Below the pieces are notes generated by a model. That model did no database searches. It was not told the DNA's origin and was given only the letters and a program-made list of their open reading frames with translations. A stretch of DNA of 56,670 bases from an uncultured Gammaproteobacteria bacterium (GTDB lineage: Bacteria; Patescibacteriota; Microgenomatia; UBA10105; UBA927): positions 1-56,670 of the forward strand of contig CAZKLT010000007.1 in NCBI GenBank assembly GCA_964553825.1. The letters are read 5' to 3'. Made by a program: the position numbers and the translations under genes. Position 1 is the stretch's first letter. The number at the start of each line of letters is the position of its first letter. Below are positions 26,554-34,479 of this stretch, piece after piece.

Positions 26554-29187
26554 CTATGCGTCATCCGCGGAAAGAGCCGCATCTTCCTCGGTCATGTTCC
26601 GCAACCAGTAATGCACTGCGAGGCGCAACCGTTTCCACCAGACGAGATTGAATTCCCTCTGCCGGTTTCGGCGGTCGTAGTATGCGTGCATGACATCGCC
26701 ATAGGTATCCTGCATGTCAAACAGGACCCGGATAAGCGGATATCGTCCGGGAGCGTGGTCAAACAGACGCTCCAGATGGAAGCGGTCATCGTCGATTTTT
26801 TTCTTCACGAGATCCTCGATGCTGGGGAAGTGCTGTATTTCCACCTGGAACATCGCTTCCGTATCATCATGCATTTCCATGACGTACTTGATCCACTCCC
26901 ATTTGGCGTCGGAGCTGGCGCTGCCTTTTTGCTGGTCTTCGATATACAGGAGATCATCCATCGTTGCTGATACCCGTCCTTTGTACAGGCGGAAATTGGT
27001 TTCATGCGGTGCGTTGTCCGCGTCCACCTGCATCATGATGGCATTGAGGACAAGTTGGGACGCCCATCGTTGCCACAGTCGCACAATTTCATTGACGGCA
27101 TAGGGAGGAGTAGAAGGATGGCGCTCAAGAAGTTCCTGTTCAAATTGGTGAACATCCAGCCCCATCATGAAGCCGAAAATATCGCTCATGTCCTCGTTGG
27201 GGTCCTCAAGGCCGCCGCGTTCAAGATCTTTGCGGTAGGACGAGTATTCGTCCTTTACCCGGACGGAAAAGGCAAGCGGGATGGCAAACGTTGAAAAATT
27301 TATGCCATGCGCAGTGGTATCCCGAATGGTGATGAGATTCTTGAACATGTTTATTTTCCCCACTGGGATCCGGTGATAATCAAACGTTCCTGCGGACGTT
27401 TTCAGCGTGCCGATGCGGGGACCAAGGATCGTATCCATCGCGCTTCGCAGCGGGCGGATATGGGTATTTGCCTTTGTGTTGACCTGCACGTCTACACGGT
27501 CTATACGGATCATCTCAAGCATCTTGCGCATGGCGGCGTTTCGTTCGGATATCGATATTTCTTCTCCGGAGTACTGATTCATGCCAAACATCCGCAGGAC
27601 AAGCTCGCCGATTTCCTGGGTTGTGGAGCCCAACGAGTCGTGCCGCATCGAGGTGAGAATCTCGGGATCGACTTTCCGTGATAACGGCATAAACTGCTGT
27701 TTGAGGAAATTTTCTACCCGTTCTGATAATTTTCCCAGTTTTCCCGGGTCGCCAATTCTGTGGACACCTGTTTCAGCGGCCGGATTGCAGAACAGGTGTT
27801 TTAACTGAGCGGAATTTTGTCTGTACAGACTGGGAGCAGTGCGTTCGCTTAAGCGAAACGTACGGAGGCGGTCCGTAATTTTTGCGTACCATCCCTCGTG
27901 CCGCGGGTTGACCCCAAATACCCGACAGACCGTATCCACGATATGTTTGAGCTCTGCACTGTGGCTGATCAATTCATAATCATGTTTGCCCCACCCTGGT
28001 TTTCTGGCCATCATGTTCGCCAAAAGAAGGGGAAACTGTGGACCTGTGTCTTTGTAGTATTCTACGGTAATATCTTCAGAAACCCACTTTGCGGCCAGAG
28101 AGATGTCTTGGATAAGCTTCATCCGCGCCTTGAGCCGGTGTTCTGAGACGCCTTTTTGTGAGAGTCTATGGAATATGCCTGGATCGACATATAAAATCGG
28201 GTGTTTCGTTTTGTCGGGATAGGAATGTTCTATGTCTTTCAACACCACACGGGCCCGGGCAAGCTGTTCGATGGCTTCATCTTTCGTCGTCGGCGCGGGA
28301 AGGCTTGCAAAACGGGCGATGTGTGATTTTCGCTGATCTTTGAGTTGGTTGTCCGGTACGCGCGGAAGATACGATATCACCCGTTTTAGCGTTTGTGCTT
28401 CATAGATGTATGCCTCTTTCTCTATCGCTTGCCGAAAGATATTGGCTTCTTCTGGTAGTCCTTCCACGCGGGCTGCACGGCGGCGCTCCGACTGAACAGA
28501 TAAGCTGTCGACAAGGGAGAATGCCTTTCCCGTTTCCGTCTCGATTGACTCCTGACTGAGTAATCGCGAAACGTGCGATGGTTTGAGCTGAAGGACGCTT
28601 TGCAGCTTGTCCTGCGGGTCGTAAAATTGGACCCGATCGTGCGGTGCTGCCCCGGCAGTAACGAGAAATGTGGTGTTCTTCAGCCTTCCCGGTTTGCGTT
28701 TGCCTTTGGCGTTAGGAACGCGGGGATGATCGAAGCTATACGTATAGGAAATTCCTTCAACTACGCGTGGCTGATGGGCAACGAGATGTACCTCTTCAAA
28801 TGCTTCTGCACGCGCAGCACGAATGATGTCTTTTGTGCTGATTGGGTTGGTGGGGTCATGTTTTCTTCCTCCACCGCCGACGAGAATGACTTGATTGGGG
28901 TTGACGACATTCCGGCCGCTTCCTTTTACCTCCCAGATCGTTGATGTAAGCTCGGGAAGCGGTGAGGATGCCTCCTGAAGCACGATCTGTTCCAGTTTGG
29001 CCCGGCTTAATTCGGGCTGTGTAGCAAGCAGCTGCTCCAATTCCGGCGTTGGGGGGAGCATCTGAGATGCGATGTCGGTGGGATCCATACGAAGAAGAAC
29101 CAGGCGGACCGTGTCCTGGTGGTATTCGTGTTCGCGGCGCTCGTTTCGAGGGTGCCGCTCAAAGAGAAATCGTTGTATTTCCGTCAT
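26554..29187 (-). CDS. Nudix-like + RelA/SpoT-like nucleotidyltransferase fusion (877 aa)
   Basis: LVGGGG...AARAEAFEEVHL (res 104-135); RVKDEYSSYRK (643), DIFG (669), VEIQ (783). Confidence 0.6.
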   Translation of the reverse strand: MTEIQRFLFERHPRNERREHEYHQDTVRLVLLRMDPTDIASQMLPPTPELEQLLATQPELSRAKLEQIVLQEASSPLPELTSTIWEVKGSGRNVVNPNQVILVGGGGRKHDPTNPISTKDIIRAARAEAFEEVHLVAHQPRVVEGISYTYSFDHPRVPNAKGKRKPGRLKNTTFLVTAGAAPHDRVQFYDPQDKLQSVLQLKPSHVSRLLSQESIETETGKAFSLVDSLSVQSERRRAARVEGLPEEANIFRQAIEKEAYIYEAQTLKRVISYLPRVPDNQLKDQRKSHIARFASLPAPTTKDEAIEQLARARVVLKDIEHSYPDKTKHPILYVDPGIFHRLSQKGVSEHRLKARMKLIQDISLAAKWVSEDITVEYYKDTGPQFPLLLANMMARKPGWGKHDYELISHSAELKHIVDTVCRVFGVNPRHEGWYAKITDRLRTFRLSERTAPSLYRQNSAQLKHLFCNPAAETGVHRIGDPGKLGKLSERVENFLKQQFMPLSRKVDPEILTSMRHDSLGSTTQEIGELVLRMFGMNQYSGEEISISERNAAMRKMLEMIRIDRVDVQVNTKANTHIRPLRSAMDTILGPRIGTLKTSAGTFDYHRIPVGKINMFKNLITIRDTTAHGINFSTFAIPLAFSVRVKDEYSSYRKDLERGGLEDPNEDMSDIFGFMMGLDVHQFEQELLERHPSTPPYAVNEIVRLWQRWASQLVLNAIMMQVDADNAPHETNFRLYKGRVSATMDDLLYIEDQQKGSASSDAKWEWIKYVMEMHDDTEAMFQVEIQHFPSIEDLVKKKIDDDRFHLERLFDHAPGRYPLIRVLFDMQDTYGDVMHAYYDRRNRQREFNLVWWKRLRLAVHYWLRNMTEEDAALSADDA

Positions 29188-29225
29188 AAAAATAAAAAAT
29201 CCCCCGGTCTGGTGGGGGATTTGGT
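29188..29225 (-). terminator. Leader terminator directly before the Nudix-RelA start codon
   Basis: AAATCCCCC-ACCAGACC-GGGGGATTT then TTTATTTTT then ATG. Confidence 0.75.
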
Positions 29226-29247
29226 ACTGTCGGTTTGAACCGTTTTT

Positions 29248-29328
29248 TTAGACCACATCCCCGCCGCCGACATCCGTAAGGAATCGGAGAGACGTATGGA
29301 CAGTAATCGGTAAACGGGCTTCCGTCAT
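29248..29328 (-). CDS. Putative leader peptide MTEARLPITVHTSLRFLTDVGGGDVV (26 aa)
   Basis: ATG 9 nt after TATAAT; the 3' end is complementary to the terminator 5' arm. Confidence 0.45.
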   Translation of the reverse strand: MTEARLPITVHTSLRFLTDVGGGDVV

Positions 29329-29337
29329 GGTGAGAGG

Positions 29338-29366
29338 ATTATACGACCGGTATGGCTTTTTGGCAA
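29338..29366 (-). promoter_or_regulatory. Sigma70 promoter
   Basis: TTGCCA-17-TATAAT. Confidence 0.75.
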
Positions 29367-29397
29367 CTATTGTGAGGAGTAGTACAAAAATCCGCAT

Positions 29398-29438
29398 AAA
29401 AAAATCCCCCCGCATTCCGCATGGTGGAACGGAGGGGA
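29398..29438 (-). terminator. Intrinsic terminator of the upstream membrane-protein pair
   Basis: TCCCCTCCGTTCC...GGAATGCGGGGGGA + T run. Confidence 0.65.
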
Positions 29439-29539
29439 CTCTATTATTTATATTCGGATATAAGGGGAGTAAGCCGGAACCAGAGGTGATCTGATACCGG
29501 TAAAACCCCCTTATGACCCTGAATTGCCGCGCATGCCGA

Positions 29540-29917
29540 CTACAGCAACTTTGTGTGCCAGTATGCCCAGATAAAGATGAAAAGCCCGACGAGAATAAGG
29601 CCATATCCTATCCAGGCGAACAATCCGACGCCCGCGATGGCAGTCGGCAGAAGGATGGTGAAGCCTGCCAGCGTGGGATACAACCCGGGCGGTGTAAATC
29701 GCGCTTTGTGCCAGTACACGACGTTTTGCCCGATGAGACACGAGATAAGCCCAAGGGTTCCCAGAATCGCGGTGAAACGCCAATCCTGTATGTCGTTGGT
29801 TGCCAGATGGTACAGACTCCACAAGAGGCAAAGCTGGCTTAGGATGAGGCCGCCCGCATAAAACTGCGACCAGCTATTTTCGCGGTCTGCCGCGGGCTTG
29901 AGTGTTGATTGCGTCAT
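29540..29917 (-). CDS. Four-TM membrane protein (125 aa)
   Basis: ATGA overlap with the upstream gene; hydrophobic. Confidence 0.75.
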   Translation of the reverse strand: MTQSTLKPAADRENSWSQFYAGGLILSQLCLLWSLYHLATNDIQDWRFTAILGTLGLISCLIGQNVVYWHKARFTPPGLYPTLAGFTILLPTAIAGVGLFAWIGYGLILVGLFIFIWAYWHTKLL

Positions 29918-30408
29918 AGTGCCGCCCTGGCAAATTTGCCGAATATGGCGCCCGCAATCGGTCCACCCATCATCCATGTTACCCACCAAACCCATGGGAA
30001 TGCATCCCGGGACATATTGACGAGCGCGCCCGCGGCAAATACGCCTGCGATGCTAAGAAACGCTGTCAGTCCACGGTCGGGGATGCTAGGCGCGCCGTAC
30101 ATGAGGTTCATCGTAAAGAACCCAGTGCCGATGGCGGCAAGCGCCCAGATGACCACCTGGAGAATCTGATTGTCCGTGATGAGCGGTGTCGCCACTGTCA
30201 ACACAGTGAGCGCGAGGGCCGTCCAACACCCCGGGTCAAGGGGCGGGCGGCTGGTGAGCATTGCCAGAAGAACGGCAAGTCCTCCTGCGATTGCCAGGGG
30301 CCACCCCCATGGACGCTCTTGAAACAATGCGGCGCCCGAAGACAGGGTGACAATCAGGGCAAACAGCAGGTGTGTGGGGTGATACCCACTATTCGGTTGT
30401 GTGTTCAT
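29914..30408 (-). CDS. Multi-TM membrane protein (164 aa)
   Basis: GGAGG SD before MNTQPNS; hydrophobic. Confidence 0.75.
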   Translation of the reverse strand: MNTQPNSGYHPTHLLFALIVTLSSGAALFQERPWGWPLAIAGGLAVLLAMLTSRPPLDPGCWTALALTVLTVATPLITDNQILQVVIWALAAIGTGFFTMNLMYGAPSIPDRGLTAFLSIAGVFAAGALVNMSRDAFPWVWWVTWMMGGPIAGAIFGKFARAAL

Positions 30409-30653
30409 GGTACCTCCAAATGTGTTGTGTCGTGCCTTGGTGAAACGGTATTGATTGTGTCTGCGCACCTCCATGTGTAGTTTTTTTGCGATGTCGTCGT
30501 TGATGAATCCGGTGCGGACACAAGGGTGTGCCCATGCCGGAATCATCAACTGCGCGGTATGGTAAAGAGCGATAGCCGAATCGTCGCGGCGATACGCGGG
30601 ATTCAGTACGGGGGAATTATATCAAATAATGAGACGCGCATGATGCGACCACC

Positions 30654-30678
30654 AAAAACCCCGCCACGGGGGCGGGGT
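30654..30678 (-). terminator. Intrinsic terminator
   Basis: ACCCCGCC / GGCGGGGT stem + T run on minus. Confidence 0.7.
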
Positions 30679-30885
30679 ATACTTCATTTTTTGCTGTGGT
30701 GTGGGAGAAATATCAGTGTCGTCGCGGGACGGTACTTATGAAACTCCCACACATGCAAATATTCACAGCGACGCAATAAGCGTCTATTCTCTGCAGGGCG
30801 CATGTCTGAAAGCTTCGTTGGGTCCCAACAAGATTCCTCTTCGGGCGAAGTTGAGGGGGATTGGGTTGGGTGAAGACAGAATAGA

Positions 30886-31113
30886 TCAGCTTTTGACTGG
30901 AGCAGGATCTGTCCAGGCGTGAAATATGCCGTTTAGTCCGAAAGTGATCATCAGCAGTCCGATCCCAGAAGATGCGGCAAGACCTGAGGTGAGTGACCAG
31001 ATCTTAATGAGCTCTGCGGCTGTCTGGTAAGCGATGTATGCTCCGACCAGGGCTATCAACGCCGCTACAATACTCATAATCCATCTGATGATGGGAGGTG
31101 TGTTTGTGGACAT
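30886..31113 (-). CDS. Small two-TM membrane protein (75 aa)
   Basis: AAGGAGG SD before MSTNTPP. Confidence 0.75.
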   Translation of the reverse strand: MSTNTPPIIRWIMSIVAALIALVGAYIAYQTAAELIKIWSLTSGLAASSGIGLLMITFGLNGIFHAWTDPAPVKS

Positions 31114-31165
31114 AAAGCCTCCTTTCCATAGGTTGTTCATGAGTCGCCCGCAGCCCGTGCTGCTC

Positions 31166-31264
31166 TTATGCCCATGAATTGAGGGTTGACCGCGTCCGGT
31201 GCTTCTGTTGCATGCGGTCAGAGGTGATCTGTTTTGAAAATAACGAACAGATCGTTGTTTTCAT
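31166..31264 (-). CDS. Possible 32-aa leader ORF MKTTICSLFSKQITSDRMQQKHRTRSTLNSWA
   Basis: GAGGAGG SD 6 nt before ATG; embedded in a hairpin. Confidence 0.35.
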   Translation of the reverse strand: MKTTICSLFSKQITSDRMQQKHRTRSTLNSWA

Positions 31265-31350
31265 CCAGACCTCCTCTGATGTGCAGGGGTGTCAAAGTGC
31301 GAAGTATTGGTCGAAAACGGAGCCGCTCAGGGCTTCGGTTCGATAGCGGG

Positions 31351-31379
31351 AATGTAACACTATAAGCCAATTTTGTCAA
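31351..31379 (-). promoter_or_regulatory. Sigma70 promoter
   Basis: TTGACA-17-TACATT with TATAGT in the spacer. Confidence 0.65.
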
Positions 31380-31414
31380 AATATCAGCTTCGTAAGGCCT
31401 GGCCATGCGAAGCC

Positions 31415-31458
31415 AAAAAAAATACCCCTTGGTTCCGGGCGTTCCGGAAGAAGGGGTA
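31415..31458 (-). terminator. Terminator downstream of the microprotein operon
   Basis: TACCCCTT...TTCCGG/CCGGAA...AAGGGGTA + T run. Confidence 0.7.
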
Positions 31459-31602
31459 GAATGCTTCATATTGACGGTACGGGAGAGATTTGTCATTCTG
31501 ACGGATCAGACGGACAAGAAACTCCCGTACACCATAGTCAATCTCATACAGCCGTGTGGCTGACGCATCTGTGGGACGGAGTTTCGACGTTAAATGGGGC
31601 AG

Positions 31603-31710
31603 TCAGCTGAAGACTATCGGAATGCTGGCTGCAATGGCGGCAAGAAGCGCGGCAAGCGCAAGCACCAGAAGCACAATGGCGGCGATGGTTATTTTCCCCA
31701 GCCTATCCAT
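31603..31710 (-). CDS. Membrane microprotein E, MDRLGKITIAAIVLLVLALAALLAAIAASIPIVFS (35 aa)
   Basis: AGGAGG SD; overlaps the stop of microprotein D. Confidence 0.7.
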   Translation of the reverse strand: MDRLGKITIAAIVLLVLALAALLAAIAASIPIVFS

Positions 31711-31819
31711 AGCGCCTCCTGTTGCGCAGATGCCTGCGGGCAAACCGGTATGCATGGTAGCCCAGAAACGCGAGCGCCGAAACGAAGAAGGGAATAGCCA
31801 GGATGATAAGCGGATGCAT
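31703..31819 (-). CDS. Membrane microprotein D, MHPLIILAIPFFVSALAFLGYHAYRFARRHLRNRRRYG (38 aa)
   Basis: GGAGG SD; TM + Arg-rich tail. Confidence 0.75.
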   Translation of the reverse strand: MHPLIILAIPFFVSALAFLGYHAYRFARRHLRNRRRYG

Positions 31820-31820
31820 G

Positions 31821-31961
31821 CTATTCCTCCGGCGGCAGGGCGCGCAGGCGCCGCAGAGTGTCGAATCCCCAATAGACTGCGACACCGGCGGCCACCACGA
31901 AACAAATCGTGAGCACCTGTCCCTGCCATGGGATGCTGATAAACCAGTGGACGATAAACAT
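31821..31961 (-). CDS. Membrane microprotein C, MFIVHWFISIPWQGQVLTICFVVAAGVAVYWGFDTLRRLRALPPEE (46 aa)
   Basis: GAGGT SD; hand-translated, absent from the ORF track. Confidence 0.7.
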   Translation of the reverse strand: MFIVHWFISIPWQGQVLTICFVVAAGVAVYWGFDTLRRLRALPPEE

Positions 31962-31965
31962 CCGA

Positions 31966-32085
31966 TTACCTCTTTTTTCTCCGGCTCAGGAAGCGGCCGG
32001 CAATGATGGGGACACTCAAAGCCAAGAGTGGTGTTCCCACAAGGACGAGGATGGTCTGGACGGCAGAGTTTGTGAGGAATTCCAT
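31966..32085 (-). CDS. Membrane microprotein B, MEFLTNSAVQTILVLVGTPLLALSVPIIAGRFLSRRKKR (39 aa)
   Basis: GAGGTG SD; TM + RRKKR tail; absent from the ORF track. Confidence 0.75.
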   Translation of the reverse strand: MEFLTNSAVQTILVLVGTPLLALSVPIIAGRFLSRRKKR

Positions 32086-32086
32086 C

Positions 32087-32203
32087 TCACACCTCGTATC
32101 CGAACCAGTCCAATGATTTCAACCTGCGATATGCGCGTGGCGCCAGTACAACCAGCGCGATGCAGGTGAGGGCCAGAAGCCCACGTTTCACTTTTGTGTT
32201 CAT
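32087..32203 (-). CDS. Membrane microprotein A, MNTKVKRGLLALTCIALVVLAPRAYRRLKSLDWFGYEV (38 aa)
   Basis: AGGAG SD; basic N-terminus + TM. Confidence 0.75.
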   Translation of the reverse strand: MNTKVKRGLLALTCIALVVLAPRAYRRLKSLDWFGYEV

Positions 32204-32326
32204 ACAAAAACTCCTTTGGTGATGTTCCGAATAAAAAGTTAATACCAAGGTGGCATTAACTGCTTCCGCCGGAACACCAATCATACGATGCGTTGAGATT
32301 GTCAATGTGCGATAGCAAACATGCAG

Positions 32327-32355
32327 ATTATAGCAGACGTCGAGAAATCAGTCAT
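32327..32355 (-). promoter_or_regulatory. Promoter of the microprotein operon
   Basis: ATGACT-17-TATAAT with TG extension. Confidence 0.65.
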
Positions 32356-32398
32356 GGAAAATTTCACATTGGCCATTTTTCTAGACTGTCCTGACGGG

Positions 32399-32428
32399 CT
32401 AAATAAAATCAAAGCTTAGCTTTGAAAT
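32399..32428. repeat. Solo REP with 30-bp identity (inverted) to 19591-19620
   Basis: CTAAATAAAATCAAAGCTTAGCTTTGAAAT. Confidence 0.85.
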
Positions 32429-32455
32429 TGGCGGCATGGGGTAGGATGCGACAGC

Positions 32456-33064
32456 CTATGCCACGTGATGTGTCTGTACAGTGGGGACGACGGGCGCATC
32501 GTGCTCGCGGGCCTGCGCGATTGTCTGATTCCAGGTGTGTAACCAATCCTGAATCCCTGAAGCATCGACGGTAAAGACACCGGCTCGGTTGGGATCAGTC
32601 GTGATGTATTTCTGGACAAAGTCAACACCAGAGGCGGTGATGGCAGTCTCCACTGGAGGAGACGTAGGCACCGTTTCCTGAAGCGTGTGAATATTGCATG
32701 AGATGATGTTGCCAATCGTGCGCAGACCAATAATTTCGTCGATCAATACACGCATATAGCGCGTACGGACGTTGGGAAAAAGTTTGAACATGGGGTGGAC
32801 GAACGTGTTGATTGCGGCATCTATGGTTGCCTGGGTATCCATTTGGCTGACGGCTCTGGCAACGACGCCCGTAAGGAGGAGTTCTTCTGATGGTTGTAGT
32901 ATAAGCGATGTGTATACCCCTGCTTTTTGGAGCTGGCGGTCTGCGTGAATCATGCGAATGCGCGCCCCATTTACGATAATGGGTTCATTCATGAGCGCAG
33001 GGTCGCCATTGCGCATCGCGCTCAAGAGGTCTTCAGGGATTGCGTTTGTCCATTCCTTACGCAT
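32456..33064 (-). CDS. Hypothetical protein (202 aa), probably leaderless
   Basis: TATAAT 6 nt before ATG. Confidence 0.7.
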   Translation of the reverse strand: MRKEWTNAIPEDLLSAMRNGDPALMNEPIIVNGARIRMIHADRQLQKAGVYTSLILQPSEELLLTGVVARAVSQMDTQATIDAAINTFVHPMFKLFPNVRTRYMRVLIDEIIGLRTIGNIISCNIHTLQETVPTSPPVETAITASGVDFVQKYITTDPNRAGVFTVDASGIQDWLHTWNQTIAQAREHDAPVVPTVQTHHVA

Positions 33065-33096
33065 GGAATGATTATATCAAAAGATATCTAAGTGGA

Positions 33097-33750
33097 TTAG
33101 AGGATAATCTTCAGCTGGCGCAGAACAGGGAGCACGACCTCAAACGGGAGGCCGATGACGTTGGTGTAGCTTCCGTCGATCTTCGTGACCAGATCCCACG
33201 GCGCTTCGTTGAGCGCGTATCCGCCGGCAAACCGGGTAAAGTCGAAACGGGTGATATAGCTTTCAATTTCCGCGGTGCTCATCTTGCGCAGCGTTACTTT
33301 CGTTGTGATTGTTTTTTCCCAGGTTTTCTTGATCTTTTCGTTTTGCACCAGAACGATATGGACTGCCGTAGTGAAGACATGGGTTTTGCCCATGAGTGCC
33401 TTCAGCATCTCGCGGGTGTTCTCGCGGTCAACCGACTTGCCGTAGACTTTCGCGCCCAGAATCGCCATAGAATCAGCGGCGATAATAAGGCTTTCCCGTT
33501 CCTCCGGGATGTTGTATACGCGGGGATGATTGGCAACCTCAAGCGCCTTGGCTGCTGCCCGTTTCTTAATGGTTATCTCCGGTTTTTTGTCGACGATGGT
33601 TTCTTCATCAACGCGGGCCACAGATACGCGGAAACGAACGCCCAATTTCTCCAACAGCATGCGCCTGCCGATAGACTGGGAAGCGAGAATAACGTCCGGT
33701 TTCGGTGGTTCGGGCGGGGGAGCATTTTTAGAGGCAAATGAGAGCTTCAT
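33097..33750 (-). CDS. maf: Maf family nucleoside triphosphate pyrophosphatase
   Basis: VILASQSIGRRMLL, IAADS, YGKS, LMGKTHVFTT, IDGSYTNVIGLP. Confidence 0.92.
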   Translation of the reverse strand: MKLSFASKNAPPPEPPKPDVILASQSIGRRMLLEKLGVRFRVSVARVDEETIVDKKPEITIKKRAAAKALEVANHPRVYNIPEERESLIIAADSMAILGAKVYGKSVDRENTREMLKALMGKTHVFTTAVHIVLVQNEKIKKTWEKTITTKVTLRKMSTAEIESYITRFDFTRFAGGYALNEAPWDLVTKIDGSYTNVIGLPFEVVLPVLRQLKIIL

Positions 33751-33841
33751 AAAGGGTATTTTAACAGATTTTCGCGGGGAACGCTAGCAGGAGTATTGAG
33801 GTAAAAGTATATTCTTTTATACGATTTGAGGTAAAAAGAGC

Positions 33842-33900
33842 AGGACCGTCGGGCTGGTGTATGGAGGAGGCATCTCCCACCAGGACGACGGTCCTTTTTT
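33842..33900. terminator. Long hairpin, probable terminator
   Basis: AGGACCGTC...CTGGTG...CACCAG...GACGGTCCT with T run. Confidence 0.6.
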
Positions 33901-33921
33901 GCCAAATGAATGACGGGTGCT

Positions 33922-34479
33922 CTAGGGGACAACTTGCATGGGTTTGGCAGTCACCTGCACGGGCAGACCGACGTCCGCTCCCAGAAACAGCATCGAGTAG
34001 CTGTCCTCAGAGATGGGCGTCCCGAACTGGGCGACACCTGTCTCATACGTGGCGTAGTCCTGACCTGCCGCGCGTGCGATGTATCCGTAGGCAATCGCCA
34101 GTGCTCGCGTAATGGTATCGGCATCGGGAAACGCGCCGGTTCCATCAGCAAGACAGGCAGCTACCGTGCCCAAATTGACATCAAAGTCCGTGGTGCCGCG
34201 GATGCGATAGCCGTCCAGTGTATACACCAGTGGGTTTTCCTGAAGCGAAACGACTTTTGCCTCAATCGTACAGTCGTTTATGCCCATGAACGTGGTCATC
34301 GCAAGCCATTGCGTCTGGCTGATGGTGACCTCGACGTTGGCGCCTTCCTCGACGGTAATCGTGGGGGTTTGGACCATGTTCACCTCGGGGATGGGATTGC
34401 CGCTGTCGGACGGGGCGCCGACACTGACGTTGCATGCAGTCAGCAGAAGCGCCAGAAACAAGAGAACTGACTTTTTCAT
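33922..34479 (-). CDS. Putative lipoprotein (185 aa)
   Basis: AGGAG SD; MKKSVLLFLALLLTA-C lipobox. Confidence 0.8.
   Translation of the reverse strand: MKKSVLLFLALLLTACNVSVGAPSDSGNPIPEVNMVQTPTITVEEGANVEVTISQTQWLAMTTFMGINDCTIEAKVVSLQENPLVYTLDGYRIRGTTDFDVNLGTVAACLADGTGAFPDADTITRALAIAYGYIARAAGQDYATYETGVAQFGTPISEDSYSMLFLGADVGLPVQVTAKPMQVVP

Noticed and set aside
31218-31496. 92-aa ORF
   Set aside because: Runs through a terminator and a consensus promoter; likely spurious
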